From positions 1,632,001-1,696,000 of the forward strand of contig CBDDCX010000008.1 in the NCBI GenBank assembly GCA_965226375.1: a stretch of DNA of 64,000 nucleotides, read 5' to 3'. The position numbers and the translations under genes are program-made. Numbering within the stretch: position 1 is the stretch's first letter; every line of letters starts with the position of its first letter. The notes below the pieces were generated by a model, which did no database searches, had not been told where the DNA came from, and was given only the letters and a program-made list of their open reading frames with translations. This document shows, piece after piece, positions 39,981 to 49,896 of the stretch. Source of the DNA: Longimicrobiales bacterium (GTDB taxonomy: Bacteria > Gemmatimonadota > Gemmatimonadetes > Longimicrobiales > Gaopeijiaceae).

Positions 39981-41353
39981 CGTGCCCCGCTTGCCGCCAG
40001 GGCTCGGAGCACGGGCTCGAACTTCATGCTGGTCTCTTCCCACTCGAGGCCGGGATCCGAACCGGCCACGATGCCCGCTCCTGCAAACAGTCTCCACTGA
40101 CGGTCTCGTGCCACCGCGCAGCGGAGCGCCGGAGCGAAGACCCCATTGCCCTCCACATCGAACCAGCCCACCGGTCCCGCATACCATCCGCGCTCGAACG
40201 GCTCTTCCTGGCTCAGGAAGTCGAGGGCATCGTCCCGTGGAAGGCCACAAACGGCTGGCGTCGGGTGCAGGGCCTCGAGCACCTTCAGCACGGTCGATCC
40301 CTCCGGGACACTCGCTCGGATCTCGGTCTCGAGGTGTTGTATTCGCGCCAAAGTCAGGACGTGTGGCTCAGGCTGAGCGTGCACCTCGTGAGCCAACGGA
40401 CCCAGGCGCGCCACCATGTCGTCGAGCGCGATGCGATGCTCGACCGCGTCCTTTTCGCTTGCCAGCAGGCGAGCCGCCAACGCTTTCTGTTCTTCAGGCG
40501 TTTCACCGCGAGCCACCGTCCCTGCGACCGCAGTCGCATGGAATGTACCCCGGGACATGGTCGCCACCGTTTCTGGAGCGGCCCCCACGAGCGGGCACCC
40601 GTCGGCCGGCTCGAAGAGGAACACGTGGCTTCCCCGGTTCTCTTCCCACAGATGTTGGACGACTTCCACGGGATCGAGCGGGTCTTCCGTGACCACGTCC
40701 ATCGTGCGGGCCAAGACCACCTTGGACACTCGCCCGTCGGAGATAGCCGCCAACGCATCGGTCACGGTGGCCTCCCAGACGCTACGCTTCGATTCGGCGC
40801 GCGTGGTGGGGACGGTGAGAGGCGCCTCGCCGTCGACACGCGGTGGCTCGCGAAGTCCGTCGGCGATCTTGCCGACCCGAGTCAGAAGGAGTCTCACCGC
40901 CTGGTCTACGTTGCCATCGCCAGGACCGACCAGGGCCCGGGCAGTCAGCCGGGGGGGCCGGCGGCCTCCACCCTCGAGTTCGAACTCCGGGAGATGAAAA
41001 AGCGCGGGCGTAAATCCGGCCCAAAGGTCGACGGGCGAATGGTCTGAGCGGAAGGAGAAGCCTCCGTAGAACCGGCTCGGAGCGTCGAATTCGCCGTCCG
41101 TGGCCGGAGGGATCTCGAGCAACTCCCGAGCTTCGGTCTCCACGGCGGCAAAACGGTCCGTCGCGGCGTCTCCGCTCACCGAAAGCGTGGCGACGGCACC
41201 GGAGTGGGCCACCCAGCGGTCGGCCCTGGCCCAAAACCCACGAGGCCCGCCTTTCGCCTGCCGGAGGAACACCATGGGATGCGCATCCACGGCTCTTGCA
41301 GTCACGGTAACGAGGCGTGCCGGGGCGGCCACGACGGTATCTGCCGGGTTCAT
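39977..41353 (-). CDS. menF: Isochorismate synthase
   Basis: KVVLAR, GAAPE, AVAGT, LHPTPAVCG, RGWYAGPVG, FAGAGIV. Confidence 0.92.
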   Translation of the reverse strand: MNPADTVVAAPARLVTVTARAVDAHPMVFLRQAKGGPRGFWARADRWVAHSGAVATLSVSGDAATDRFAAVETEARELLEIPPATDGEFDAPSRFYGGFSFRSDHSPVDLWAGFTPALFHLPEFELEGGGRRPPRLTARALVGPGDGNVDQAVRLLLTRVGKIADGLREPPRVDGEAPLTVPTTRAESKRSVWEATVTDALAAISDGRVSKVVLARTMDVVTEDPLDPVEVVQHLWEENRGSHVFLFEPADGCPLVGAAPETVATMSRGTFHATAVAGTVARGETPEEQKALAARLLASEKDAVEHRIALDDMVARLGPLAHEVHAQPEPHVLTLARIQHLETEIRASVPEGSTVLKVLEALHPTPAVCGLPRDDALDFLSQEEPFERGWYAGPVGWFDVEGNGVFAPALRCAVARDRQWRLFAGAGIVAGSDPGLEWEETSMKFEPVLRALAASGAR

Positions 41354-41529
41354 GGCTCCGTGGTTCAAGCGTGCGTATGCCCTACGGTCCCGCAGCGGGC
41401 CGAGGGCGCGGTGGTCTGGCCGAAGGCAATATACGTGAAAGGTGCGCCTTACCAAGACGAACCACTCCACGTGTGAGGCGGCCCACGGGCGCCTCGCGTT
41501 GGTGCGGGTGGACGGGCATGTTGTGTCCC

Positions 41530-42324
41530 ATGGCGCAGCCCACCTCCCCTGACATCCGCCCCCGGCCCACGGTCGCGCTGTTCGTCACATGCATGGTGGA
41601 CACCCTGTATCCCAGAGTCGGACTGGCGGCCGTGGAGCTACTGGAGCGACACGGCGCCGACGTCGTGTTCCCAGAGGGCCAGACGTGTTGCGGACAGCCG
41701 GCCTTCAACGCCGGGCATCGAAAAGAGGCACGCAAGCTCGCCTCGCGCTTTCTCGACGTGTTCGGCCCTCTGATCGAAAGCGGTGCGGTCGATGCCGTGG
41801 TGGCGCCGTCGGGAAGCTGCGTGGCGACGGTGAAGCACTCGTTCAGGATCCTCATGGAGGAGGGAGCGACCGCACAGACGCGCGGGTGGGCCGACCTCGT
41901 TGGTGATCACATCCACGAGCTCACCGAGTACCTCGTCGACGTGCTGGGTGTGGAGGCCACGGGCGTGAAGGGGAGCGGGCGCACCACCTATCACGCCTGC
42001 TGCCACCTGTTGAGGGACCTCGGGGTCGATCACCAACCCCGACGGCTTCTGGGGAACTTGCAAGGTTTGGAGCTCATCGAGCTCGAAGAGGCCGAGGAGT
42101 GCTGTGGCTTCGGCGGGGCCTTTGCCGTGTGGAACCCCGAGATCAGCACCGAAATGGGTCTTCGTAAAGCCCGCCATCTGGACGCCACCGAAGCCGACTT
42201 CGTCGCCGTGGGTGACGTGGGCTGTATGACGCACATCAACGGAATTCTGACCCGAGGCGGTCATCGGTGTCGCGCGATTCACATTGCCGAGCTCCTGGCG
42301 GGCGACCACGAGGGCAGCGCATGA
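41530..42324 (+). CDS. lutA: Lactate utilization protein A (CCG domains)
   Basis: FVTCMVD, QTCCGQP, SGSC, HACCH, ECCGFGG. Confidence 0.88.
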   Translation: MAQPTSPDIRPRPTVALFVTCMVDTLYPRVGLAAVELLERHGADVVFPEGQTCCGQPAFNAGHRKEARKLASRFLDVFGPLIESGAVDAVVAPSGSCVATVKHSFRILMEEGATAQTRGWADLVGDHIHELTEYLVDVLGVEATGVKGSGRTTYHACCHLLRDLGVDHQPRRLLGNLQGLELIELEEAEECCGFGGAFAVWNPEISTEMGLRKARHLDATEADFVAVGDVGCMTHINGILTRGGHRCRAIHIAELLAGDHEGSA

Positions 42325-43772
42325 AGATCGATATCGACGCACCATTTCGGACACGAGTCAGACAGGCCCTGGCGGACCCAGACCTCCAGATCGCCCTCGA
42401 CCGAGCCACTGCGCAACTCGCAGAGCGACGCCTGACGGCGCTCGCCGCGGTCGATGCCGAGTTGATGCGCGACGAGGGTCGATCGGTCCGAGAACGGGCC
42501 CTCCGGCGTCTCCCGGATCTGCTCGAGGAGTTGGAGGCAAAACTCACTCGCAACGGCTGTACCGTGCACTGGGCCCGCGATGCGACCGAGGCGAGCGACA
42601 CCGTCGTTCAGATCGCCCGGCACTCCGGGGTGGAGCGCACGGTCAAATCCAAGTCCATGCTCACCGAAGAGATCGGGCTAAACACAGCGCTGGAAGAAGC
42701 CGGCATCGAGGTCGTCGAGACCGACCTGGGAGAGTACATCATCCAGCTCGACGACGAGCCGCCCAGTCACCTCGTGGCTCCGGTCATTCATAAGCGCGCC
42801 GAGGACGTGTCTCGAGTCTTCGAGCGAGAGCTGGGGATGGAGCCGACGCTAGATGCCGCGATCATGTGTGGCGTCGCTCGCCAGGAGCTGCGGCGGCGCT
42901 TCCTCGGAGCTCAGATGGGGATCAGCGGCTGCAACTTCGCCGTGGCCGAGAGCGGCACCATCTGCTTGATCACGAACGAAGGAAACGGGCGCATGGTCAC
43001 GAGCCTGCCCCCGGTCTATGTCGTCGTGGTCGGGATAGAGAAGGTCGTGGAGAACATCGAAGACGCGGTGCTGCTTTGGCAGGCGGCGACGAGGAACGCG
43101 ACGGGCCAGGAGGTCTCGGTCTACTTCTCTCTCACCAGTGGCCCCCGCCCCACCGGGCACGCCGACGGACCTCAGGAGATGCACGTGGTTCTGGTAGACA
43201 ACGGCCGCTCGGCTGTCCTTCTACGTGGGTACGCCGACGCACTCCTCTGCATACGCTGTGGGGCGTGTCTCGACGTGTGCCCTGTCTACCGGGAGATCGG
43301 CGGACATGCCTACGGTCGGACCGCCTATTCCGGGCCCATCGGTTCGATCCTGACTCCCTTGATGTCCGAAGCCCGGGGAGAGGACCCGACGGCAGGCACC
43401 GACCTCCCTTTCGCCAGCTCGCTCTGTGGAGCTTGTAAGGATGCCTGTCCGGTCAAGATCGACCTACCACGTATGCTTCTCGACCTCCGCGGCGATCTGG
43501 CTTCGCGGGGTGAGTCGAGCCTGGCGGCTCGCGCCTCGGTAAAGGCGCTGACGCTGCCACTACACGGTCCTGGCCGCTACCGGTTCGCCACCAAGGTTGC
43601 ACGCTTTTTCGGCCGGCTATTGGGTGCACGCGCAGGGCATGTGTCTGCGCTGCCTCCGCCCTTTGGTGCGTGGACCCGCACCCGGGACTTCCCGTTGCCG
43701 CCCAAGCGGACGTTCAGGGAGATGTGGAAGGCGGACAGGTCGGTACGCGACAGCGAGGGGGGGGCTGAATGA
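42321..43772 (+). CDS. lutB: Lactate utilization Fe-S protein B
   Basis: KSKSM.TEE, ETDLGE, NEGNGR, CIRCGACLDVCP, LCGACKDACPVKI. Confidence 0.92.
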   Translation: MKIDIDAPFRTRVRQALADPDLQIALDRATAQLAERRLTALAAVDAELMRDEGRSVRERALRRLPDLLEELEAKLTRNGCTVHWARDATEASDTVVQIARHSGVERTVKSKSMLTEEIGLNTALEEAGIEVVETDLGEYIIQLDDEPPSHLVAPVIHKRAEDVSRVFERELGMEPTLDAAIMCGVARQELRRRFLGAQMGISGCNFAVAESGTICLITNEGNGRMVTSLPPVYVVVVGIEKVVENIEDAVLLWQAATRNATGQEVSVYFSLTSGPRPTGHADGPQEMHVVLVDNGRSAVLLRGYADALLCIRCGACLDVCPVYREIGGHAYGRTAYSGPIGSILTPLMSEARGEDPTAGTDLPFASSLCGACKDACPVKIDLPRMLLDLRGDLASRGESSLAARASVKALTLPLHGPGRYRFATKVARFFGRLLGARAGHVSALPPPFGAWTRTRDFPLPPKRTFREMWKADRSVRDSEGGAE

Positions 43773-44578
43773 GCTATTCGTCCCAGTCCAGGAGCGAGAC
43801 CTCGTCTGAAGCTCGTGCGTGGATCCTGGCTCGGCTTCGAGAGGGCCTCCGTGATCCTTCAGCCGCGTTCAAAGTCGCCGCTTCACCAGACGCTCGTGAC
43901 GGGCCACCCCATCCGCTCACACATGCCGAGGGTGACTCCGGGGCACTGGCCGTGGCATTCGGGTCCAGCCTCGATGCGGTACTGGGAAGCCACGAAATCG
44001 TCCCGTCGGCAGACGACGCTGCTGAGCGCGTCGCGGCGCACATCGAGGCACTTCGCACAGCGAACTCGTCGGAGGGCCTTACGTTCACCCGCGCTCTCGC
44101 CTGGGCCCCAGACGCTCTGGCCGTTCCGGGTCTCACGGAGCGCCTGGCTCGCGATGGCATCGAGGTGCTCGTGCCCAACGATCTCCATGATGCGCGGGAG
44201 CGACGGGACGCCGCAGGCGTCGCGGTCGGCATCACCTCGACCGACGCCGCTCTGGCCAGCACCGGCACTCTGGTGATGGGCGCCGACGCCGGGCGGAGCC
44301 GGGCGGCCAGCCTGCTGCCGCTACATCACATCGTGCTGGTCCCGACAAGCCGACTTTACTCGACGGCCGAGGCCTGGATCGCGTCTCTCAGGAAGGACGA
44401 CCGATTGGATGAGACTCTGCTAGACGGGTCTCAACTCACCTTCATCACGGGACCCAGCAAGTCGGCTGACATCGAGCTGACACTGACCCTCGGTGTGCAT
44501 GGACCGCGCACGGTGCATGCCATCGTCTACCAGGATTTCGAGCCGCCCGAGCACGCAGGATTTTCGCCCTGGGCGTAG
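43769..44578 (+). CDS. lutC: Lactate utilization protein C (LUD domain)
   Basis: A.TGTL, SLLP..H, ITGPSKSADIE...GVHGP. Confidence 0.88.
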   Translation: MSYSSQSRSETSSEARAWILARLREGLRDPSAAFKVAASPDARDGPPHPLTHAEGDSGALAVAFGSSLDAVLGSHEIVPSADDAAERVAAHIEALRTANSSEGLTFTRALAWAPDALAVPGLTERLARDGIEVLVPNDLHDARERRDAAGVAVGITSTDAALASTGTLVMGADAGRSRAASLLPLHHIVLVPTSRLYSTAEAWIASLRKDDRLDETLLDGSQLTFITGPSKSADIELTLTLGVHGPRTVHAIVYQDFEPPEHAGFSPWA

Positions 44579-44586
44579 TCGGACTA

Positions 44587-45060
44587 CTAACGACTCCACT
44601 CGGACGTAAAGCCGTCACAGCACGGATCGGAGAGCACCAGGTTGCCGGTCTCGGTGATCTCCACCCACTGCTCGGGGAAGCCGGTGAGTGATTCGTCGTA
44701 GAGCAACTGGGCGGAGCGCACCGCCGACCCGTTGTCCATCAGAGGGACGAACTCGAAGGTGGTCGTGCCTCGCGTAACCCCGTCCCGCAGCATCGTTACC
44801 TGATTCGGGGCGGTGAAAGTGACAGTCTGCGTGTACCCCTCGGTCTCGGGAGTCAGCGTGGTACCGGCAATCCCGCCGCTGGACGAAATCCACGACCAGG
44901 TCCCGAACAGGGCCTCCGGCAGTTCGTCCTCACCGAGACCGGTGGGATCGGAGCTACACGCGGCCGCCGCGAGTAGCACCGCGAGGAGGATCGGGAACAA
45001 CGAGGCCCGGCCTCGGACGCCTGTCCCCTTCCCTGAAACCCTGTTGCCGTTGCGACCCAT
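44587..45060 (-). CDS. Hypothetical lipoprotein
   Basis: LAAAAC lipobox; GTWSWISSSGGIAG; CCDG. Confidence 0.7.
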   Translation of the reverse strand: MGRNGNRVSGKGTGVRGRASLFPILLAVLLAAAACSSDPTGLGEDELPEALFGTWSWISSSGGIAGTTLTPETEGYTQTVTFTAPNQVTMLRDGVTRGTTTFEFVPLMDNGSAVRSAQLLYDESLTGFPEQWVEITETGNLVLSDPCCDGFTSEWSR

Positions 45061-45448
45061 CACACGTCCCTTCCCGCCGGCAACGGCCGGCTCATCCAAG
45101 CGGTTCAGCACTCTCACTCACGGGCCCCTCCCCCGCTCCTGCGGATCCCGTTCAAATACACGGACCGAAGGGCGGGGTTCGACACCCCGACGTCGGGCCT
45201 CGGCACTTCCGTATGCGCTCCGACGTACCTTCTAAACGAGTGTTCGTACATGTTTGTGACAGTTCGTCGCCCCTATGAGAGGTTACACGGCAGATGGCGC
45301 TATCGGTGGTTCGGCCGGAGTGTAAGCCCGGGACCCGCGCAATGCGGGGCTTGCGCCGCGGCCTGCCAAGCCTTTCATGGAGAACCCTCATACCCGTTGC
45401 CTACAAGCACGTCTCATGATCGGAACACCTCCTAGAATGTCACCTCGA

Positions 45449-46393
45449 ATGCCGGATCGAATACAGCCCGCCTCGAGAATCGGCGTTGCCTGCGCCGTGG
45501 CGATTCTCCTGACGCCCATCCTCCCAAATGGCTCAACGATGGCCCAGGACGCTCCGCCCCAAACGGACATCTATGTGGCCGACCTCTCGGTGTTCGACGG
45601 GCTCTACTTTCTCGGAGAAGTACGGAACGTCACCAATCGCCCGGAGGCCTACGACAACCAGCCCCAGTTCGCTCCCGATGGCCGCTCAATCCTCTACACG
45701 GCGGCGTATGACGATGGGGACGATGGGCAGACTGAAATTCATCGCTACTACCTGTCGTCCGGGCGCACTACCCGCATCACGAGAACTACGGAGAGCGAGT
45801 ATTCGCCGACGCCGATTCCTGGCGACCGCTCGTTCTCCGTCATCCAGGTCGAGGCCGATTCGACCCAGCGCTTGTGGCGCTTCACCATGGAGGGAATGGA
45901 CGCTGAAGTGATCCTGCGTAACGTGGCCCCGGTGGGGTATCACGCTTGGGGCAATGAGCAAAGCATCGTGTTGTTCGTCCTGGGAAATCCACCGACACTG
46001 CAGGTGGCAGACGTGGCCACTGGAGTATCCGAGGTGGTGGCCGACAGCATTGGTAGATCATTGCACAAGATCCCGAATCGAAACGCCTGGAGCTTCGTCG
46101 AACGGATCTCGCCCGAGGAGTCATGGATTAGCGAGCTCAACATCGGGACCCACGAAATCGTTCGCCTGATCCAGACTCGGGATGGTGGTGACTTCCACGC
46201 CTGGACGCCGGAGGGGGTGCTCTTCACGGCCTCCGGTGGCCAGCTACTACAGTGGGATCCGGAGATGGACACCGGATGGCGTGTCATGGCGAATCTCGGG
46301 CACATGAATCTGACCTTCAGCCGCATCGCCGTGAGTCCCGACGGTACGCAGATCGCTCTAGTCGGCATCCGGAATCCCGAGAACGAGCCGTAG
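45449..46393 (+). CDS. Exported TolB-like beta-propeller protein
   Basis: Signal peptide; YDNQPQFAPDG, ESEYSP, VGYHAW, AVSPDG. Confidence 0.75.
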   Translation: MPDRIQPASRIGVACAVAILLTPILPNGSTMAQDAPPQTDIYVADLSVFDGLYFLGEVRNVTNRPEAYDNQPQFAPDGRSILYTAAYDDGDDGQTEIHRYYLSSGRTTRITRTTESEYSPTPIPGDRSFSVIQVEADSTQRLWRFTMEGMDAEVILRNVAPVGYHAWGNEQSIVLFVLGNPPTLQVADVATGVSEVVADSIGRSLHKIPNRNAWSFVERISPEESWISELNIGTHEIVRLIQTRDGGDFHAWTPEGVLFTASGGQLLQWDPEMDTGWRVMANLGHMNLTFSRIAVSPDGTQIALVGIRNPENEP

Positions 46394-46492
46394 GGGGCGA
46401 GTCGGGCCGTTCTTCCGACCCGTTCCGATTCCGGGAGAAGACGTCCCGGAGGCGGGCACCGATCGGCCAGCATGACTACGGCATACTCCGAC

Positions 46493-48160
46493 CTAACGTA
46501 TTGTGAGGAACCTACTTAGGTCGACACGGGAGTCGTGGCACGAAGCTTCCCCATGGCCCTCGAGGACCAGTCGACCGGTCAGAATCTCGGCGTCGTCGAA
46601 ACGAGCGCTAGAGACCGTTTCAGTGACGGCGTCTTTGACGATCAGGCCCGACAACAAGAGCATGACACACGACAGCGTGACTTCGATCGCGATGATCGCC
46701 GGAAACAGAGATCCTCCCGTCAACGATGCCAACCCACGGCCTTGCGGCTTGAGCGCATCCGAAAGCTCGACCTTGGACGCACGGAATGCCAGAAGAAGGC
46801 CGGCCACCACCACGGCACCTCCGGCGAGGAGTCCTGCGAACCAGAAGGAGGACGGACCGAGCTCCACCGTCACCCAAAAGGGGGCGTTGGCCACCTTGAA
46901 CTGCGAACGGATGAGCGTCAACGCTGCGGAGGCCAAACCGAGGCCCAGGCCGACGCCACATGCCGCTAGAATCACGGCTTCATAGACGAGCTGGGACATC
47001 ACACGAGATCGACTGCCCCCGATTGCCATGCGCACCGAAGTCTCGCTCGCCCGCGAGGCACCACGCGCCAGCATGATGCTCGCCACGTTGGCTGCAGCGA
47101 TGATCGTGAGAATGATCGAGAGCCAGATGATCTTCTCGAAGATCCCTGCATCTCCCGCATAGAACGCACCCACATATTCCCGCACGCGGATCATCGGATC
47201 ATCGAGGTCTTTCAACGGCTCATCGGGCGATCGGCCGGTCAAGGCGAGGAGCTCTTCTTCGACCCGCTCCGGCAACGCACCCTCCGGGACGCGCCCGACC
47301 ATACTCACCGCGTTGTTACGGCCCGGGCGTAGATCGAAGCTCATCCAAAGCTCTTGTCGCAACGGAAATGCAAAGTCGGCGGGCAGCACACCGACCACGG
47401 TGTGGGTCACGCCGTCGATCCTCAGCGTGCCACCGAGAATGCTCGGGTCCCGATCGAACCGATCCTCCCAGATATCCTCACCGAGCACAGCCAGGGGTGG
47501 TCCCGCCGCCGCCGCATCCGCCCGGGTGAACACCCGACCGGCTACCGCGCGGGCATCCATGATCTGGAAGATTTCGGCAGACACATAAGCCGCCCGATAC
47601 CGGGCGGGAGCCCCTTCGGAACTGCTGACAGCCACATAGTCCGAACGGTACGCTCCGAGAGCAGTCAACCCCGAACCGAGTCCCGAAGCACGATCGCGTA
47701 ACAGTGCAAAGGTGGAATGCGGCAGGCTGTACGTCCGCCCGGTCGACCGATCCGACAAACCGACATCCACGACGACCTCCCCGTCGTGAGTGGGCAATGG
47801 CCGCAGGATCGCCCCAGCGAACGCGAACATAGTGCTCGGAGCGCCGATCCCAATCGCCAACGTCACCACGGCGACCAAGCTCGAGACGGGAGACCTCCGG
47901 ACCGACCGCCACGCGAAGCGCAGGTCGTGTGTGGTCAGTACTTGAGTGAAGGCAGCCGCCGCCCCCTTTGCGAAGAGACGTGGGACCAACGACAGGGTCT
48001 GCCGCCAATACCAGATCCTGGCTCCTCGCGGGCCCATTGCATCGAAACGATCCATAAAGCGCTCGTGCAGGTCGCCGAGTAGCTCTCCCTGGTCCGCCGG
48101 CGGAACCAGATGCTCGATCAGCCGAGCGGCGACTCGAGGAGGAGTTGGCACCCTCATCAT
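46493..48160 (-). pseudogene. ADOP ABC permease, 3'-truncated near 46555
   Basis: LLGDLHE, WYWRQ, DLRFAWR, TLAIGIGA, AANVA; second periplasmic/FtsX half missing. Confidence 0.82.
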
Positions 48161-48480
48161 CCGAGCTCCTCCACGATGCCGGTCCACATATTCATCAGCC
48201 CATCTCGGGCCTCACGGAGCTTCGCTCGCCCGAGATCGGTCACGCGGAAGTATCGGCGAGGCCTCCCTGCCCGTCGCTCCGTAGGTTCACCCTTGCGACT
48301 CTCCATCCACCCCTTTTCTTCGAGCCGCTTGAGGGTCAGGTACGCGGCGGCCTGCGAAACGTCGCGCTCCGTTCGAGCCTCGATCTCCCGCAGGATCGAA
48401 ACGCCGTACGCCTCGTCGCCCAGACGCATTGTCGCCAGTAGAATCAGGTGCTCGAACTCCCCCATGAGATGTCTCGGCAC
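48157..48480 (-). CDS. PadR family transcriptional regulator
   Basis: MGEFEHLILLA, AYGVSI, YLTLKRLE, RRYFRVT. Confidence 0.92.
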   Translation of the reverse strand: MPRHLMGEFEHLILLATMRLGDEAYGVSILREIEARTERDVSQAAAYLTLKRLEEKGWMESRKGEPTERRAGRPRRYFRVTDLGRAKLREARDGLMNMWTGIVEELG

Positions 48481-48490
48481 GCCCGCTCCT

Positions 48491-48538
48491 CAGGTTAGGT
48501 ATACAATTATTAGTATACAAACCTGGGTATACTGTCAA
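48491..48538 (-). promoter_or_regulatory. padR promoter/operator with three GTATAC boxes
   Basis: GTATAC at 48499, 48513 and 48527 (14-bp period); TTGACA on minus strand at 48533-48538. Confidence 0.65.
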
Positions 48539-49713
48539 CCGAGCGACTCGCCCGTCCCCACACTCTCCTTCAGAGCGCGAGCGGCGGCGGCGTATCCTCC
48601 CCCCGCCGCGTCCACGAAGTGGAAGTGAGCGCTCTGGCGATGCTCGATCAGGCATGTCATGAGCGCCGAGCGGGCGACGTGGATTCCATAAGCCAGCTGT
48701 CCCCGTCGACGGAGGCCACTCAGATACTCCTCCAACTCCCGTCGTTGCTCCGTGCTCCCGGCCAAGACCAACCGTAGAGACCCGTCGAACTTCCGGAAAT
48801 CGGTGTTGGAACCGAGGTCGGTCTTATAGGTACCCCAATCAACGTCGCGGCTTCGCACCCCGAACCGGAGCAGGAACCAGCCCAAAATGATCTGGGCTCG
48901 TAGACGCGTCCCGTGGCCAAGGCGCACGGGCAGGCTATCCCTCCATCTCTTCAGACGGGCCTCGTTGCTCAGAATCCTCCGGCTCAACGTGACCCGAAGG
49001 CCGCCTTCGGTCACCGGCCTGCATCGGTCCGCGTCTCCGTAGATCGCCCGTATCCGCTGCATGATGGGTCCGTACGCCTCCAGCGTCCTGCCGGATTCGG
49101 TCACGGCATCGATGATGACGGCCACGGTCTCGCCACGAGGACTGGGGATCTCTCCCCACCTGCATTCGAGACCAGCGTAGTCCGCGTCGGCCGACGGATC
49201 AGGGGCGATCAGGAACGGAGCGGGTAGCACGCCCGCCTTGAGGCTTCGCTCCGCGACCTCCGCTCCGCCTCCGTGGAGGGCGCACTGTACGTAGTGCGGG
49301 GAAACGCGGTGGCGGGCCACGAGCACATCATGCCCCGACGCTCTTACGTGTGCCACCAGTACGATCGCCGCCCGTAACTCCAATCCGAAACTCTCTCGGG
49401 CCATGGCGGTTGTGGCCGACAGCGCCCGGGCGACATCCGGAGTGGCACGGCCTGGAATGCACAGCAGCGCTCCGTCACCACCGAAGATGTAGGGGATCTC
49501 GACCGGCCTCAGCACGTTTACGGCGGCAGCGATGACAGACACACCCACCGTGTTCACCGCCTTGTACTCGCCCGCCTCGATCGCCCCGGTGGAGTCGACT
49601 ACGTCCGCCACCACCAGAGACCAATCGTCCGGGAGCGGCGTGTAGCTCTCCGAACGGACGAGGGCCTCGAAGTCGTCGACCGGATCGATGGCGCTGTAGA
49701 ACGAATCTGACAT
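48535..49713 (-). CDS. DUF3095-like protein
   Basis: PLPDDW..VADVVDST.AI..G.YK.VN, FGGDGA, GLECRW, DFRKFDG, HFHFVDAAGGGY. Confidence 0.78.
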   Translation of the reverse strand: MSDSFYSAIDPVDDFEALVRSESYTPLPDDWSLVVADVVDSTGAIEAGEYKAVNTVGVSVIAAAVNVLRPVEIPYIFGGDGALLCIPGRATPDVARALSATTAMARESFGLELRAAIVLVAHVRASGHDVLVARHRVSPHYVQCALHGGGAEVAERSLKAGVLPAPFLIAPDPSADADYAGLECRWGEIPSPRGETVAVIIDAVTESGRTLEAYGPIMQRIRAIYGDADRCRPVTEGGLRVTLSRRILSNEARLKRWRDSLPVRLGHGTRLRAQIILGWFLLRFGVRSRDVDWGTYKTDLGSNTDFRKFDGSLRLVLAGSTEQRRELEEYLSGLRRRGQLAYGIHVARSALMTCLIEHRQSAHFHFVDAAGGGYAAAARALKESVGTGESLG

Positions 49714-49896
49714 GGTGTGCGGGTCCCGGCGAAGGGTTTCCAATCACAGTTGACTCCTCATGACGACCTGATGCAAGTGACGTCGCCTGACCCTACCCGT
49801 CGCACTCTCCTACGGGCGTCACCGGCTCATTGCCCTGCACGTTCCCATCCCCTACGCTGCAGGTCTTCAACTGCAGGTACGACCTCCGGAGGTTCC

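Noticed and set aside
45173..45189. CGGGGTTCGACACCCCG resembling a tRNA/tmRNA T-arm
   Set aside because: No acceptor stem, D-arm, anticodon arm or CCA end around it.
46485..46525. dif or integron attC site
   Set aside because: XerD arm match is poor, no GTTRRRY partner is placed correctly and no integrase or cassette array is present; similarity to the padR promoter fits better.
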